32,000 nucleotides of DNA from Methylophaga frappieri (GCF_000260965.1 NC_017856.1:1350001-1382000); one strand, 5' to 3'. Shown: positions 18,077-28,861, counted from the stretch's first letter. Numbers and translations are program-made. The notes: a model not told the origin generated them from the sequence alone.

Positions 18077-19387
18077 TCAGCCCAGCGTTTCCATGCGGAT
18101 ACGCATAATGGTCGTTTTGACGGTATCCAACGCCTCAATCTGGGCGATAGCTTCGTCCATGTTTTGTTCAGCAACTGGCTGGGTCAACATAATGATAGGC
18201 ACCAGTCCCTCATCATCTTCAGGTTGCTTTTGCAGGATGGCTTCAATATTAATACCCTGCTCACTGAAAATCCGGGTAATGTTTGCTAAAACACCGGGTT
18301 TGTCCTCAGTTTGAATGCGCAGGTAGTAAGATGTTGTCACTTCTGACATAGGTAAAATCGGCGTGTCTTTGATGGCATCTGGCTGGAAAGCAAGATGGGG
18401 AACACGATTTTCGGGATCTGAGGTCAAGGCACGAACGATATCAACAATATCCGCAACGACAGCAGATGCCGTCGGCTCAGAACCTGCGCCAGCACCATAA
18501 TAAAGCGTTGGTCCAACCGCATCCCCCTTGACCACCACGGCGTTCATCACACCATTCACATTTGCAATAAGGCGACGATGCGGAATCAGCGTTGGATGCA
18601 CACGCAGCTCTACGCCACTTGCAGTCCGCTTGGCAATACCAAGATGTTTGATTCGATAGCCCAACTCAGCAGCATACTGCACATCTTCTTGCGCAATTTT
18701 ACTGATACCCTCGGTGTAGCACTTATAAAACTGTAGCGGAATGCCAAACGCGATAGAAGCCATGATGGTCAGCTTATGCGCCGCATCAATGCCTTCCACA
18801 TCAAAAGTCGGATCAGCCTCGGCATACCCTAATGCCTGTGCTTCAACCAGAACATCCGAAAAATTTCTGCCTTTATCACGCATTTCGGTGAGGATGTAAT
18901 TACCGGTTCCGTTGATAATGCCGGCCAGCCATTCAATGCGGTTCCCAGCCAAACCTTCCCGCATGGCTTTGATAATAGGAATACCTCCAGCCACAGCAGC
19001 TTCAAAGGCAATGGTGACGCCTTTTTCCTGGGCGTTGGCAAATAACTCATTACCATGCATAGCGATCAGCGCTTTATTTGCCGTAACAACATGCTTGCCG
19101 TTATCAATCGCCTGCATCACCAGATCTCGCGCGACACCAGTACCGCCAATCAACTCAACAACAATTTGTACTTCGGGATTATTTACAACCGAAAACGCAT
19201 CATCCGTGAGGGCGACCCCAGTCAGGTCACAATCAAAATTTTTATCTGTATCACGATCCGCGGCGGTGAAAATTTCTATATCACGGCCGGCGCGCCGACT
19301 GATTTCTCTGGCATTACGTTTTAAAACACTGACGGTACCACTACCAACCGTGCCAAGTCCGAGAATACCGATTTTTACTGATTGCAC
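18077..19387 (-). CDS. hom: homoserine dehydrogenase
   Basis: 436 aa with N-terminal Rossmann motif [11 protein letters not shown], a catalytic domain and a C-terminal ACT domain. The GTG start lies 13 nt inside the upstream aminotransferase gene. Confidence 0.93.
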   Translation of the reverse strand: MQSVKIGILGLGTVGSGTVSVLKRNAREISRRAGRDIEIFTAADRDTDKNFDCDLTGVALTDDAFSVVNNPEVQIVVELIGGTGVARDLVMQAIDNGKHVVTANKALIAMHGNELFANAQEKGVTIAFEAAVAGGIPIIKAMREGLAGNRIEWLAGIINGTGNYILTEMRDKGRNFSDVLVEAQALGYAEADPTFDVEGIDAAHKLTIMASIAFGIPLQFYKCYTEGISKIAQEDVQYAAELGYRIKHLGIAKRTASGVELRVHPTLIPHRRLIANVNGVMNAVVVKGDAVGPTLYYGAGAGSEPTASAVVADIVDIVRALTSDPENRVPHLAFQPDAIKDTPILPMSEVTTSYYLRIQTEDKPGVLANITRIFSEQGINIEAILQKQPEDDEGLVPIIMLTQPVAEQNMDEAIAQIEALDTVKTTIMRIRMETLG

Positions 19388-20574
19388 ACAGCCCCCTGGT
19401 CTTTCTTAATCATGTCACGAATGCCTCGAATAGCCTGACGGGTACGGTGTTGATTTTCAATCAGGCCAAACCGGACATATTCATCACCATACTCACCAAA
19501 ACCGACCCCTGGCGATACCGCGACTTTCGCGTCTTTCAGCAATTTTTTACTAAATTCCAATGAACCCATTTCACGATACTGTGCTGGAATTTTCGCCCAG
19601 ACAAACATGGTTGCCTTAGGTTTTTCGACTGTCCAGCCGATGGCGTTGAGCCCATCACACAGCACATCACGACGCTGGCGGTAGGTTTCGGAAATTTCTG
19701 CGACACACTCTTGCGGACCATCCAGTGCAGCAATCGCTGCAACCTGAATTGGCGTAAACATGCCATAGTCCAAATAAGACTTCATCCGTGCCAACGCAGC
19801 GACCAAGGTTGGATTGCCGGACATAAATCCAATTCGCCAGCCGGGCATATTATAAGTTTTGGATAGGGTGTAAAACTCGACAGCGACATCTTTGGCACCG
19901 GGTACCTGTAAAATTGACGGTGCCTTGTAGCCATCAAAACAAATCTCACCATATGCCAGATCGTGAATCACCCAAATCTGGTGCTCTTTGGCAAATGCGA
20001 CGATCTGTTCAAAAAAAGCCAGATCAACGCATTGTGTTGTTGGGTTGCCCGGAAAGTTTAAAACCAGCATTTTCGGTTTTGGCCATGAATCTTTAACCGA
20101 CTTTTCCAACTCCGCGAAAAAATCTACTTCAGGCGTCAACGGCACATGTCGGATATCCGCGCCGGCAATAACAAAACCGTAGGGGTGAATCGGGTAAGCA
20201 GGATTTGGCACCAACACGGCATCCCCAGGACCAACCGTTGCCAAGGCAAGGTGAGCCAGACCTTCTTTAGAGCCGATGGTGACGATCGTCTCTGCATCGG
20301 GATCGAGTTCGACATCAAACTTACGCTGATACCAGTCACAAATTGCTTTGCGGAGCCGAGGAATACCGCGCGAAACGGAATATCGATGCGTATCTGGTCG
20401 TTGTGCCGCCTCAACTAATTTATCGACAATATGCTTGGGTGCCGGCTTATCCGGATTACCCATACCAAAGTCGATAATATCTTCCCCCCGCGCTCGAGCC
20501 TTGGCTTTCAAATCATTTACAATATTGAAAACATAGGGCGGCAGACGTTTGATTCTGGGAAATTCGTCGTTCAA
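19375..20574 (-). CDS. PLP-dependent class I aminotransferase (AlaC-like)
   Basis: 399 aa beginning [15 protein letters not shown], followed by DFGMGNPD and the PLP-lysine region [17 protein letters not shown] start at 20574 is forced, because an in-frame TAG lies 7 codons upstream with no ATG or GTG in between. Confidence 0.88.
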   Translation of the reverse strand: MNDEFPRIKRLPPYVFNIVNDLKAKARARGEDIIDFGMGNPDKPAPKHIVDKLVEAAQRPDTHRYSVSRGIPRLRKAICDWYQRKFDVELDPDAETIVTIGSKEGLAHLALATVGPGDAVLVPNPAYPIHPYGFVIAGADIRHVPLTPEVDFFAELEKSVKDSWPKPKMLVLNFPGNPTTQCVDLAFFEQIVAFAKEHQIWVIHDLAYGEICFDGYKAPSILQVPGAKDVAVEFYTLSKTYNMPGWRIGFMSGNPTLVAALARMKSYLDYGMFTPIQVAAIAALDGPQECVAEISETYRQRRDVLCDGLNAIGWTVEKPKATMFVWAKIPAQYREMGSLEFSKKLLKDAKVAVSPGVGFGEYGDEYVRFGLIENQHRTRQAIRGIRDMIKKDQGAVCNQ

Positions 20575-20667
20575 CTTGATACCTGCGATAAGCTAAAGCG
20601 GTTGGCAAACAAAGCAAAATAACTGAAAATCACGGACACATCAAATTCATTTAAATTAAGGATGCCG

Positions 20668-21513
20668 ATGAGTCAGCAAAACCAATTATACAACACCATA
20701 CTGACAGATTTGGACAAAGGTAAGTTGGTTTTACCCACCTTGCCCGACGTCGCAATCAAAGTTCGTGATGTTGTCAGTGACCCCGATGCCACTTCAGCCC
20801 AGCTCGCCGACATTATTATGACAGATGCGGCGTTATCTGCACGGCTGCTTAAAGTCGCTAATAGCCCCCTCTATCGAGGCAGAATTCATGTCGACTCGGT
20901 ACAAACAGCCATTACCCGCTTAGGCTTAAAAATGGTTCGCAACCTGGTGACCGGTCTGGTTGTCGAGCAAGTATTCCGACCCACTTCTAAAAAACTGGAA
21001 AAGCGTGCTCGAGACTTGTGGCAGCACAGTATTGAAGTCTCCGCAATCAGCCAGGTCATTGCCAGCAAACAAAGCAATATTAAAACGGATGAGGCCATGC
21101 TTGCTGGACTTATTCATGCGATTGGTGTGCTCCCCATCCTGACCAGGGCCGAAAAAGACCCCGAATTGCTTGATGATGAATCGCGGCTCGATATGCTCAT
21201 CGAAAACCTTTACCCACGCATAGGCGCCGCCATCCTGAAAAGCTGGGAATTTTCGCCTAATCTGATTACCGTTGCCGCAGAACATGCCAACCTCAATCGA
21301 AACAGTGGCCCAGAAGGTCCGGATTTATGTGATGTTGTGCAAGTCGCCAACCTGCAAAGCTATTTTAATACCGATAAAGCCTTAGACCCACAGACCAGAC
21401 ACCGCGTATTGGCTTTTGAAAAACTCGGTATTGATACCGGTATTAGTGTGGTTGAGCTTGATGAAAATAGTGCCGAATATGCTGAGGCATTAGCGATGTT
21501 TGAAAATTTCTAA
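20668..21513 (+). CDS. HDOD domain-containing signalling protein
   Basis: HDOD signature region LPTLPDVAIKVRDVVSDPDATSAQLADIIMTDAALSARLLKVANSPLY. I prefer the second ATG at 20668, which is 6 nt from the AAGG Shine-Dalgarno. The ORF track starts at 20662. Confidence 0.8.
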   Translation: MSQQNQLYNTILTDLDKGKLVLPTLPDVAIKVRDVVSDPDATSAQLADIIMTDAALSARLLKVANSPLYRGRIHVDSVQTAITRLGLKMVRNLVTGLVVEQVFRPTSKKLEKRARDLWQHSIEVSAISQVIASKQSNIKTDEAMLAGLIHAIGVLPILTRAEKDPELLDDESRLDMLIENLYPRIGAAILKSWEFSPNLITVAAEHANLNRNSGPEGPDLCDVVQVANLQSYFNTDKALDPQTRHRVLAFEKLGIDTGISVVELDENSAEYAEALAMFENF

Positions 21514-21522
21514 ATTACCAAT

Positions 21523-21549
21523 AAAAAAGGCCCGCGTACGGCGGGCCTT
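21523..21549 (-). terminator. intrinsic terminator between convergent HDOD and doxX genes
   Basis: A 9-bp GC-rich stem pairs AAGGCCCGC (21527-21535) with GCGGGCCTT (21541-21549) around a 5-nt loop. On the minus strand it is followed by a T6 run. On the plus strand it is followed only by AATATT, so it is strongest for doxX. Confidence 0.8.
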
Positions 21550-21569
21550 AATATTGCAAGCTGGAAACC

Positions 21570-21962
21570 TTATTTTTTATTAATCAGGTTATCCAGACTC
21601 CATGATCCGCCACCAGCGGTCCAGATATACAAAAAGACAAAGCTGAACAAGGCCGCCAGCTCACCACCATTATTGATTGGCCAGAAATCACGGTGCGCGT
21701 GGGCAATAAAATATGCAAAGGCCATCAAACCTGACAGTAAAAACGCAACCGGACGGGTAAATAAGCCAATTAACAGCAATGCGCCACCAAACAACTCCAG
21801 CACGCCTGCGACCCCACCTAACGACAGTAACTCAAATGGTCCACGTGCTTCTGCCGGGAAACTGAGAATTTTTTGTCCACCATGCTGCATAAACAAAAAA
21901 GCGGCTACAATCCGCAGCACACTTAAAATGCGCGGTTGCCACGCTGCCAGAAAATTGTCCAT
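21570..21962 (-). CDS. DoxX-family membrane protein
   Basis: 130 aa with four hydrophobic helices. The DoxX-like N-terminus is LRIVAAFLFMQHGGQKIL. Confidence 0.8.
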   Translation of the reverse strand: MDNFLAAWQPRILSVLRIVAAFLFMQHGGQKILSFPAEARGPFELLSLGGVAGVLELFGGALLLIGLFTRPVAFLLSGLMAFAYFIAHAHRDFWPINNGGELAALFSFVFLYIWTAGGGSWSLDNLINKK

Positions 21963-22138
21963 TGTCTTTCTCCTTAATTATTAATATGCGTAATCGCTGA
22001 GCTAACCCTTTAGGGTGACATTGAGTCTAGCAAGATTACCCGGCTTGGGACACATTCTTATCTGTGAATTATCCGAGCCGACAAAAAAATATGCTATTTT
22101 CCTAAAAAATCGACTTACAAGACTTTTTATCCCACCAC

Positions 22139-22444
22139 ATGACGCCAATATTCGACCACATTATTTGGCAACTTCTCGCTGCCGTACCGTCCGGTAAAGT
22201 CACTTGTTATCGTGATTTAGCGAAGCAGGCTGGCTATCCAAATCATGCCCGACAAGTTGGCAACATACTTAAAAACTTACCAGATGGGTCGCATTTACCT
22301 TGGCACCGTGTTATTCGTGCTGATGGTCATCTCGCCTTTCCGGTTGGCAGTGCCGCTTATCAACAGCAATACCAGCGACTTATCCAGGAAGGAGTCCGTT
22401 TCACAGGAAACCGGGTCAAACTAGCCGAATTTCGCTGGCACTAA
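22139..22444 (+). CDS. alkyltransferase-like (ATL) protein: MGMT-family DNA-binding domain without the acceptor cysteine
   Basis: 101 aa. VPSGKVTCYRDLA ... HLPWHRVIRADG carries PWHRV where active O6-alkylguanine transferases have PCHRV. Confidence 0.8.
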   Translation: MTPIFDHIIWQLLAAVPSGKVTCYRDLAKQAGYPNHARQVGNILKNLPDGSHLPWHRVIRADGHLAFPVGSAAYQQQYQRLIQEGVRFTGNRVKLAEFRWH

Positions 22445-23238
22445 AACGCACTTTTTATCACCCCACCATCAACGCGAATCGCAGCACCCGTTGTCGCAGA
22501 AGCTAAAGGACTCGACAAATAACAGACCATCGCAGCAACTTCATCCGTCCGGGCAAAGCGCTTAATCAGTGATGTCGGACGGGCCTGCTCGACAAAATCT
22601 GCTTCGAATGTCTCTTGATCTTGTCCGTTTTGCTGAGCCAGTTCACTGACAAAGGTTTCTACACCTCGGGAACGGGTTGGACCGGGTAACACGGAATTCA
22701 CAGTAATCCCCGACCCCGCAACGGTTTCAGCCAGCCCTCTTGCCACGGCGATTTGCGCAGACTTTGTCATACCATAGTGGATCATTTCGGGCGGTATCTG
22801 AACACCACTTTCACTGGAAATAAAAATAATCCTGCCCCAGTTTTGCTGCTGCATGGCTGGTAAATAACTTCGGCTCAAACGTACACCACTCAGCACATTG
22901 ACATCAAAAAACCGGCGCCATTCGGCGTCGCTGATGTCTGCAAATGGAACGGGTTCAAATATCCCCAGATTATTGATCAAAATATCGACTGCCGGGTACT
23001 GCTGGTGCAATGCTGCGGCCGCAGATTCCAGGGACAAATCACCAGCAAACCCTAAAATTGTTCCGGGGAATTTTTCGTCTTGCAATGACTGAATTGCCTT
23101 GTCAACCGACGATTGAGTTCGACCATTGATAATAACGGTCGCACCTTCTGCCAATAATGCAGCGGCAATCGCATAGCCGATTCCAGCCGTACTGCCAGTC
23201 ACCAGCGCGTTTTTGTCACTCAGTAATAAGTTCATCAT
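22441..23238 (-). CDS. SDR-family oxidoreductase
   Basis: Cofactor motif TGSTAGIGYAIA and catalytic YGMTKSA (YxxxK), 265 aa. Confidence 0.88.
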   Translation of the reverse strand: MMNLLLSDKNALVTGSTAGIGYAIAAALLAEGATVIINGRTQSSVDKAIQSLQDEKFPGTILGFAGDLSLESAAAALHQQYPAVDILINNLGIFEPVPFADISDAEWRRFFDVNVLSGVRLSRSYLPAMQQQNWGRIIFISSESGVQIPPEMIHYGMTKSAQIAVARGLAETVAGSGITVNSVLPGPTRSRGVETFVSELAQQNGQDQETFEADFVEQARPTSLIKRFARTDEVAAMVCYLSSPLASATTGAAIRVDGGVIKSAF

Positions 23239-23302
23239 TTCCCCTTTATGGAATGCATCTATCGATTAGTAACACTTACAAAAAACCAAAGCTTAACCTA
23301 CC

Positions 23303-24133
23303 TCAATTTGTTGATGAGGATATTGGCTGTTTGTCTATTTGAAATAAATGGTGCAACTCGGTACGAGTGGGTAAGCCTTCCAGCAAATGAATATCACCAC
23401 GCTCGTCCTGATAAAGCGTGCTCGGTGTTGTCAGCAAGCCCAATTGTTCCATCAAGGCATTGTTAGCAAGAACACGTTGCTGCCCTTTTGTACCATCAGA
23501 TAAGGGTAGTATAGCGCTGGTCTGTGTCTCTTTATTGGCAAGAAAGCGCTGCCAAGCGGACTCCGGTGAGTCTGAATTCATTATCTGAGCCGCTTTCGCC
23601 AAGCTGTTTTCTTGCAAAATGCCGACTATGATGTGGCGTAGCTGCACTGCTCCCGCGTCAATATGGTCAGCAGCGAGCTCACGAAAACGATGACAGTAAG
23701 GACAATACGGATCTGTAAATGTGTAAATAATCCGTGGGGCTGACGCATCGCCATCCTTAATCCAATGTGCTGATTTCGTGACATTTTCCCATATCCGCTG
23801 GTTATGTGGCGCGCTCACCAGTTCATAAATCGCATCCGCGCCCAAATTGTTACCCTGACTGTCAATTAAATCACCAACAATCGCGAATTCACCGTCAGGC
23901 GTAGTGTAAATACTCATCGCCTCGCCTTGATAGGTGCCGACATGACCAGTCAAACCAGCTGACGTCGAAAAATCACCAATAATTTGCACCCCTTGCTGCT
24001 CAATATAATTTAAAGCGTTGTCAGACTGAGGCGATACCGAATGATAATTCAGACCATAACTGACCACCCCGACAACGGCAGCCAAAACCAAAGCAAGCAA
24101 GATAATTTTGATAAGACGATTTCCGAACAACAT
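23303..24133 (-). CDS. dsbG: periplasmic thiol:disulfide interchange protein, DsbG-like (CPYC active site)
   Basis: 276 aa with an N-terminal signal/anchor, an N-terminal dimerisation-like region and a thioredoxin fold carrying FTDPYCPYCHRF. CPYC is the DsbG-type active site, whereas DsbC has CGYC. Confidence 0.75.
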   Translation of the reverse strand: MLFGNRLIKIILLALVLAAVVGVVSYGLNYHSVSPQSDNALNYIEQQGVQIIGDFSTSAGLTGHVGTYQGEAMSIYTTPDGEFAIVGDLIDSQGNNLGADAIYELVSAPHNQRIWENVTKSAHWIKDGDASAPRIIYTFTDPYCPYCHRFRELAADHIDAGAVQLRHIIVGILQENSLAKAAQIMNSDSPESAWQRFLANKETQTSAILPLSDGTKGQQRVLANNALMEQLGLLTTPSTLYQDERGDIHLLEGLPTRTELHHLFQIDKQPISSSTN

Positions 24134-24242
24134 GTCACTCCCACTGATAAACTTTAATTCACTCTCGGCGTCAGACTACCGAATAAGACCGTTTGTTTTA
24201 CTCGCCATTACAATCCCGTTTTGCTTCACAATTTGCCGTAAG

Positions 24243-24764
24243 ATGATTGATAGCATGTTTTTAACGTCTCAAATAGCTTCATTAACGCTGCGTTATGTCG
24301 GCAGTTTGATGGTAATTTTGATGCTTGCCGCCTGCCAGGGAAATGTCACCAGACCTCCATCTGCACTTCCAGAAACCAGTCAGATACCCCACCAAAACCC
24401 CTTACTGAAGCGGCTCTATCAACATCATGCTGTCTGGCAAGGTACGCCTTATCAATTAGGTGGAAACAGTCGTGCTGGCATTGATTGTTCGGCATTTGTG
24501 CAACTGACTTATCGTGAATTATGGGGCATTGATTTGCCACGGACTACCGCAAAACAGCGACTGGCAGGGAAACACATCCCGCGCGCCAACCTGAAAACAG
24601 GCGACTTGGTATTTTTCCGCAATGCTGGTCATGTCGGCATTTACCTACAAAACAATCAGTTTTTGCATGCCTCCACCTCAAGTGGAGTGATGATCTCCAA
24701 CCTCTATAATGCCTATTGGTCTCGCCATTTCAGCCAGGCAATTCGTATCGCCCCCTTAGATTAA
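24243..24764 (+). CDS. NlpC/P60-family peptidoglycan endopeptidase lipoprotein (Spr/MepS-like)
   Basis: I prefer the start at ATG 24243 or 24255. The lipobox is LMLAAC. The catalytic Cys lies in GIDCSAFV and the His in AGHVGIY, followed by LHAS. The upstream 45 aa in the ORF track overlap the dsbG start and are probably not translated. Confidence 0.82.
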   Translation: MIDSMFLTSQIASLTLRYVGSLMVILMLAACQGNVTRPPSALPETSQIPHQNPLLKRLYQHHAVWQGTPYQLGGNSRAGIDCSAFVQLTYRELWGIDLPRTTAKQRLAGKHIPRANLKTGDLVFFRNAGHVGIYLQNNQFLHASTSSGVMISNLYNAYWSRHFSQAIRIAPLD

Positions 24765-24940
24765 ACCGGTTACCGCCGCTTTAAAACTTGCCTAGGTCAA
24801 AATAGCTATCCGTTGAGTGTGCGCCCCCTGCTTTAGCACAGTGTCCGACATTTGATGGAACTCGCCACGAGTCATTTCAACAAAATGACTGTCTAGAATT
24901 GGAAGAAATCAGTTTTTAAATCAAACAAGAGGCTAGTTTG

Positions 24941-25885
24941 ATGGGTTTTCGACGACTTCTTTTGTTCTGTTTTTCCTGCATGCTGAGTTTGCCGGCAGTG
25001 GCTGTGATTCATGGTCAGCCTTCTCCTGTTGCCGCTGTTTCAACAGGCCGTCTGCAAGTGGAATTGTATCGTTGGTATGGTGGAACAAATAGCATGGTAA
25101 CGGAATACAATCATTGTAGTGCCGTGGTCGTTGGCACCGCACCACTTACTGTGTTAACTGCCTCTCACTGCCTGCAAGACGCCAAACTCCACCCGGTAAC
25201 GGGTAACCCTATTGTGTCACTGTACCTTGGTGTCCCATTGCCAGCTGTCAAAGAGGTAATTTACAGCCAAATGCATGAAGTGGAATCGAACCTGGCGAGA
25301 GATATTGCCGTTTTGATTTTTGATGGCGACGCGCCTGCTGGCATTAATGCAATCCCCATCAGTAACAAATTAGCGCAAACCGTTAAAATCTGTGGTTATG
25401 GGCGTGGTTATCAGGATCGCTATTTTGATAATCCAAGCTGTGCTGATAAAGCCGTTTTATCTGCTGATGACAACTTCTATCGCTTCGTGCCGCAATATTA
25501 CCAGCAACTGGATCCGCAATTACACCTGCAATTTCGAGCCCAATTTACGGCCAAAAATGCCTTTGTCGATGCACAGTCGGCTTTGCTGGCAGTAAATCGA
25601 GTGACGGCTCATCGTTATGACCTCACGTTACCAATGCCAACGCGCGGGGATTCCGGTGGCCCCTGGATGGTTAACGATAGTCAGGGGGGGCGCGGTATCA
25701 TTGCCTTGACCAGCTTTGTCGAAACGTTTTATCGGAAAAACAAACAATGGTCCTTTTTCAAAAGTACCAAGGCGCCGCTGTCTGATTTTTCCTATGCCGC
25801 TTATGGCGTACGACTTAATACCCGTGAAGCGCGTGAGCTTCTTGATCAGGCACGCGAAGCCGGTGCCGATATTCAAACGCTGTAA
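24941..25885 (+). CDS. secreted trypsin-like (S1 family) serine protease
   Basis: Signal peptide MGFRRLLLFCFSCMLSLPAVA. The catalytic triad contexts are LTASHC (His), RDIAVL (Asp) and GDSGGPW (Ser). Confidence 0.82.
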   Translation: MGFRRLLLFCFSCMLSLPAVAVIHGQPSPVAAVSTGRLQVELYRWYGGTNSMVTEYNHCSAVVVGTAPLTVLTASHCLQDAKLHPVTGNPIVSLYLGVPLPAVKEVIYSQMHEVESNLARDIAVLIFDGDAPAGINAIPISNKLAQTVKICGYGRGYQDRYFDNPSCADKAVLSADDNFYRFVPQYYQQLDPQLHLQFRAQFTAKNAFVDAQSALLAVNRVTAHRYDLTLPMPTRGDSGGPWMVNDSQGGRGIIALTSFVETFYRKNKQWSFFKSTKAPLSDFSYAAYGVRLNTREARELLDQAREAGADIQTL

Positions 25886-25989
25886 AGTGCGAATCGTGAT
25901 AAACCTTTTCTGACACCATACGCTGTCGCGGCAGTTTCACTTGACAAGCAGATTTTCGTTAAACTCTTTTTTGTAAAAGAGGTAATAGT

Positions 25990-26532
25990 ATGACGATTAA
26001 AGCTTTTGGTGGGTATACCCCTCAGCTGGGCCAGCAGGTTTGGGTTGATGACAGCGCGGTGATCATCGGTGATGTCGTTATTGGTGATGACAGTTCAGTT
26101 TGGCCCCATGTCTCTATTCGGGGCGATATGCATTGGATCAGAATCGGTCAACGAACCAGTATTCAAGATAATGCCTGTTTGCATATTACCCATGCCAGCG
26201 ACCACAACCCGGATGGGTTTCCACTGCAAATCGGTGACGACGTGACCATTGGCCATCAGGCGATGTTGCATGGTTGCACAATTGGCAATCAGGTCTTGGT
26301 TGGGATGGCAGCAATTATTCTGGATGGCGCCATCATCGATGATAATGTCGTCATTGGTGCAGGCGCCTTGGTACCGCCAGGTAAACAACTTGAATCGGGT
26401 TACCTGTATCTCGGCTCGCCAGTCAAACAAATCCGCAAATTAACCGACCAGGAGAAAGCGTATTTTAAATATGCTTGCCAAAACTATGTTCGGCTCAAAA
26501 ATGACTATTTAGCAGAGCAAAGCTCGACCTAA
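25990..26532 (+). CDS. yrdA: gamma-carbonic-anhydrase-like hexapeptide-repeat protein YrdA
   Basis: It is nearly colinear with E. coli YrdA from memory ([28 protein letters not shown] ... [17 protein letters not shown] ... [15 protein letters not shown]). Confidence 0.88.
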   Translation: MTIKAFGGYTPQLGQQVWVDDSAVIIGDVVIGDDSSVWPHVSIRGDMHWIRIGQRTSIQDNACLHITHASDHNPDGFPLQIGDDVTIGHQAMLHGCTIGNQVLVGMAAIILDGAIIDDNVVIGAGALVPPGKQLESGYLYLGSPVKQIRKLTDQEKAYFKYACQNYVRLKNDYLAEQSST

Positions 26533-27290
26533 ACTTTCACCTTATAACCGGTTTTAAATATCCACCAGACAAATAATGAAAAGCACATCAAAAAAGTAAA
26601 TATCATCGCCAGACTAAACGCCAAATTCACGTCTGCCACACCATAAAAACTCCAGCGAAAACCACTGACTAGGTACACAACCGGATTAAATAAAGTCACA
26701 GTTTGCCAGAAGTTTGGCAACATATTGATCGAGTAAAAAGTCCCGCCAAGAAAGGCCAATGGCGTCACCACCATCAATGGAATCACTTGCAGTCGTTCAA
26801 AGCCATCCGCAACGATACCAATAATAAAACCTAATAAACTAAAGGTCACACAGGTCAATACCAGAAACAGCAGCATCCAGACAGGATGCAAAATCGTGTA
26901 ATCCACAAAAAATCGGGCTGTCAACAGAATCAACATGGCCAGAATCAATGACTTGGTTGCAGCAGCTCCCACATAGCCAACAACGACCTCAACAGCAGAA
27001 ACCGGTGCTGACAACACCTCGTAAATTGCTCCAGACCATTTCGGCATGTAAATACCAAATGATGCGTTAGACGTTGTCTCAGTCAGGACCATCAGCATAA
27101 TAAGGCCAGGAATGATAAAAGCGCCATAGCTGATGCCATTAATATCGGTCATGGCTGAGCCAATGGCTGAACCAAACACAATGAAATAAAGTGACGTTGA
27201 TAGCACGGGTGATGCAATACTTTGCAGTGGCGTCCGCCAGCTTCGGTATAGCTCAGAAAAATAGATGGCTTTCATGGCATACCAATTCAT
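26529..27290 (-). CDS. yadH: ABC-2 type transporter permease (YadH-like)
   Basis: 253 aa with 6 TM segments. It is colinear with E. coli YadH (FIIPGLIM ... [33 protein letters not shown]). Confidence 0.82.
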   Translation of the reverse strand: MNWYAMKAIYFSELYRSWRTPLQSIASPVLSTSLYFIVFGSAIGSAMTDINGISYGAFIIPGLIMLMVLTETTSNASFGIYMPKWSGAIYEVLSAPVSAVEVVVGYVGAAATKSLILAMLILLTARFFVDYTILHPVWMLLFLVLTCVTFSLLGFIIGIVADGFERLQVIPLMVVTPLAFLGGTFYSINMLPNFWQTVTLFNPVVYLVSGFRWSFYGVADVNLAFSLAMIFTFLMCFSLFVWWIFKTGYKVKV

Positions 27291-28243
27291 GCTTCGCCCT
27301 CCACCAGCCCCACAAATATTTCTTCCAGAGAGCGTTGCCGGGTTTGGACATCATCCACTTCCAAACCAGACGCATGTACGGCTGACAATACATCCGTTAC
27401 ATGATGACTTGCCTGATTATCATCATAATCATAAATTAACGTTTGACTGTCTTCGCCACGTTGTAACACAAATTTTTCCAGTGATTTTGGTAATGACGTC
27501 ATGGGATTTCGCAAGTGTAAAATCAGCTGTTTTCGTCCCAGCTTATTCATGAGAGCCTGTTTATCTTCCACCAATAAAATCTCACCGTGATTGATAATGC
27601 CGATCCGATCGGCAATTGCCTCGGCCTCTTCGATGTAGTGTGTGGTAAGAATGATAGTAACGCCACGCGCTCGCAATGACGCCACTAACCGCCACATATC
27701 ACGCCGTAATTCCACATCCACACCGGCAGTCGGCTCATCAAGGAATAAGATATCCGGCTCGTGAGCAAGCGCTTTAGCAATCAGAACACGCCGCTTCATG
27801 CCACCCGATAAAGATTGAATTTTCGTGTGTCGCTTGTCCCATAATGACAAGGATTTAAGTACTGACTCCAGATGGGCGTCATCACGTGGTTTACCGAATA
27901 CGCCTCGACTAAAAACCAGCGTATTCCAGACATTATCAAAAATATTCAGCGTTAATTCCTGCGGTACCAGCCCGATTTGTTTTCTGGCGGCGCGATATTC
28001 ACTCACCACATCACGACCGCCAACCAGGACTTGTCCTTGGCCAACATTCACCAAGCCACAGATAATACTAATCAGCGTCGTTTTGCCCGCCCCATTGGGC
28101 CCCAATAACGCAAATATTTCTCCCTGCTGGATTTGGAGATTGATTTGATTTAAGGCCGTCAGACCATCGGGGTAAACTTTAGATAAGTTGCGAACATCGA
28201 TCGCAGGGCAGGATAGCGACGAAGGTGAAGCGGATAAAACCAT
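27287..28243 (-). CDS. yadG: ABC transporter ATP-binding protein (YadG-like)
   Basis: Walker [10 protein letters not shown], signature LSGGMKRR and Walker [13 protein letters not shown] 4-nt overlap links it to the downstream permease gene. Confidence 0.88.
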   Translation of the reverse strand: MVLSASPSSLSCPAIDVRNLSKVYPDGLTALNQINLQIQQGEIFALLGPNGAGKTTLISIICGLVNVGQGQVLVGGRDVVSEYRAARKQIGLVPQELTLNIFDNVWNTLVFSRGVFGKPRDDAHLESVLKSLSLWDKRHTKIQSLSGGMKRRVLIAKALAHEPDILFLDEPTAGVDVELRRDMWRLVASLRARGVTIILTTHYIEEAEAIADRIGIINHGEILLVEDKQALMNKLGRKQLILHLRNPMTSLPKSLEKFVLQRGEDSQTLIYDYDDNQASHHVTDVLSAVHASGLEVDDVQTRQRSLEEIFVGLVEGEA

Positions 28244-28375
28244 AATTTTAAATTAATCCAATATCAGGAATGTCCGCATTTAAACATAAATAGCGCGATA
28301 AGCGACTAAAATAAATCAGACAGCCGGTTCGTTATTCATGACGTCACCGGCCGGATTGCTTGGGATTAGAGCGAA

Positions 28376-28678
28376 TCAAGGTTGATTATTGCGGGCAACC
28401 GGAATGTATTTATCAAAATTGGTGATGTAATCATCCATGTTCATTTCCAGTAATCGCTGAAATTCTTTCACGAACATCTCAATGGTTTCACCACGCACCT
28501 TGGCCAAATCTTGCCCAGATTGCCAACCAGCGGCACTGAACCAAGCATTATATCTCGCTAAACTATACATAAATGAAGCACTTACCTGGCCTGCCTCGGT
28601 GCCTTCTGCCATTTGTGAATTGGCTAATTGAATAAACGCATCCGCGCGGTCGAAAAACGCCTTGTCCTGCTCACTCAT
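28376..28678 (-). CDS. DUF3144-like small cytoplasmic protein
   Basis: 100-aa acidic helical ORF (FFDRADAFIQLANSQ ... SASFMYSLARYNAW) resembling the DUF3144 family as I remember it. This is not verified by search. Confidence 0.55.
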   Translation of the reverse strand: MSEQDKAFFDRADAFIQLANSQMAEGTEAGQVSASFMYSLARYNAWFSAAGWQSGQDLAKVRGETIEMFVKEFQRLLEMNMDDYITNFDKYIPVARNNQP

Positions 28679-28861
28679 AATCTCTCGCTTTTTGTTAGTT
28701 AAAATTAGTCGAGCTCGAAGCTTAATATTGCAATCCTGCAGCCGATATGGAATTTATCCCATCTTTACGTAGGAATTGATAAGCAACGCATCCGGCCTTG
28801 AGTTAAACATCCCATAGAAGCTGGCAAAGTGCATCTCAAAACTTAATCTTGACTTTGTAAT

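Noticed and set aside
28320-28375. Hairpin GCCGGT...ACCGGC with an internal TGACGTCA palindrome downstream of the DUF3144 gene.
   Set aside because: It has a 6-bp stem with a 17-nt loop and only an interrupted T run. At best it is a weak terminator, and I cannot support any further function.
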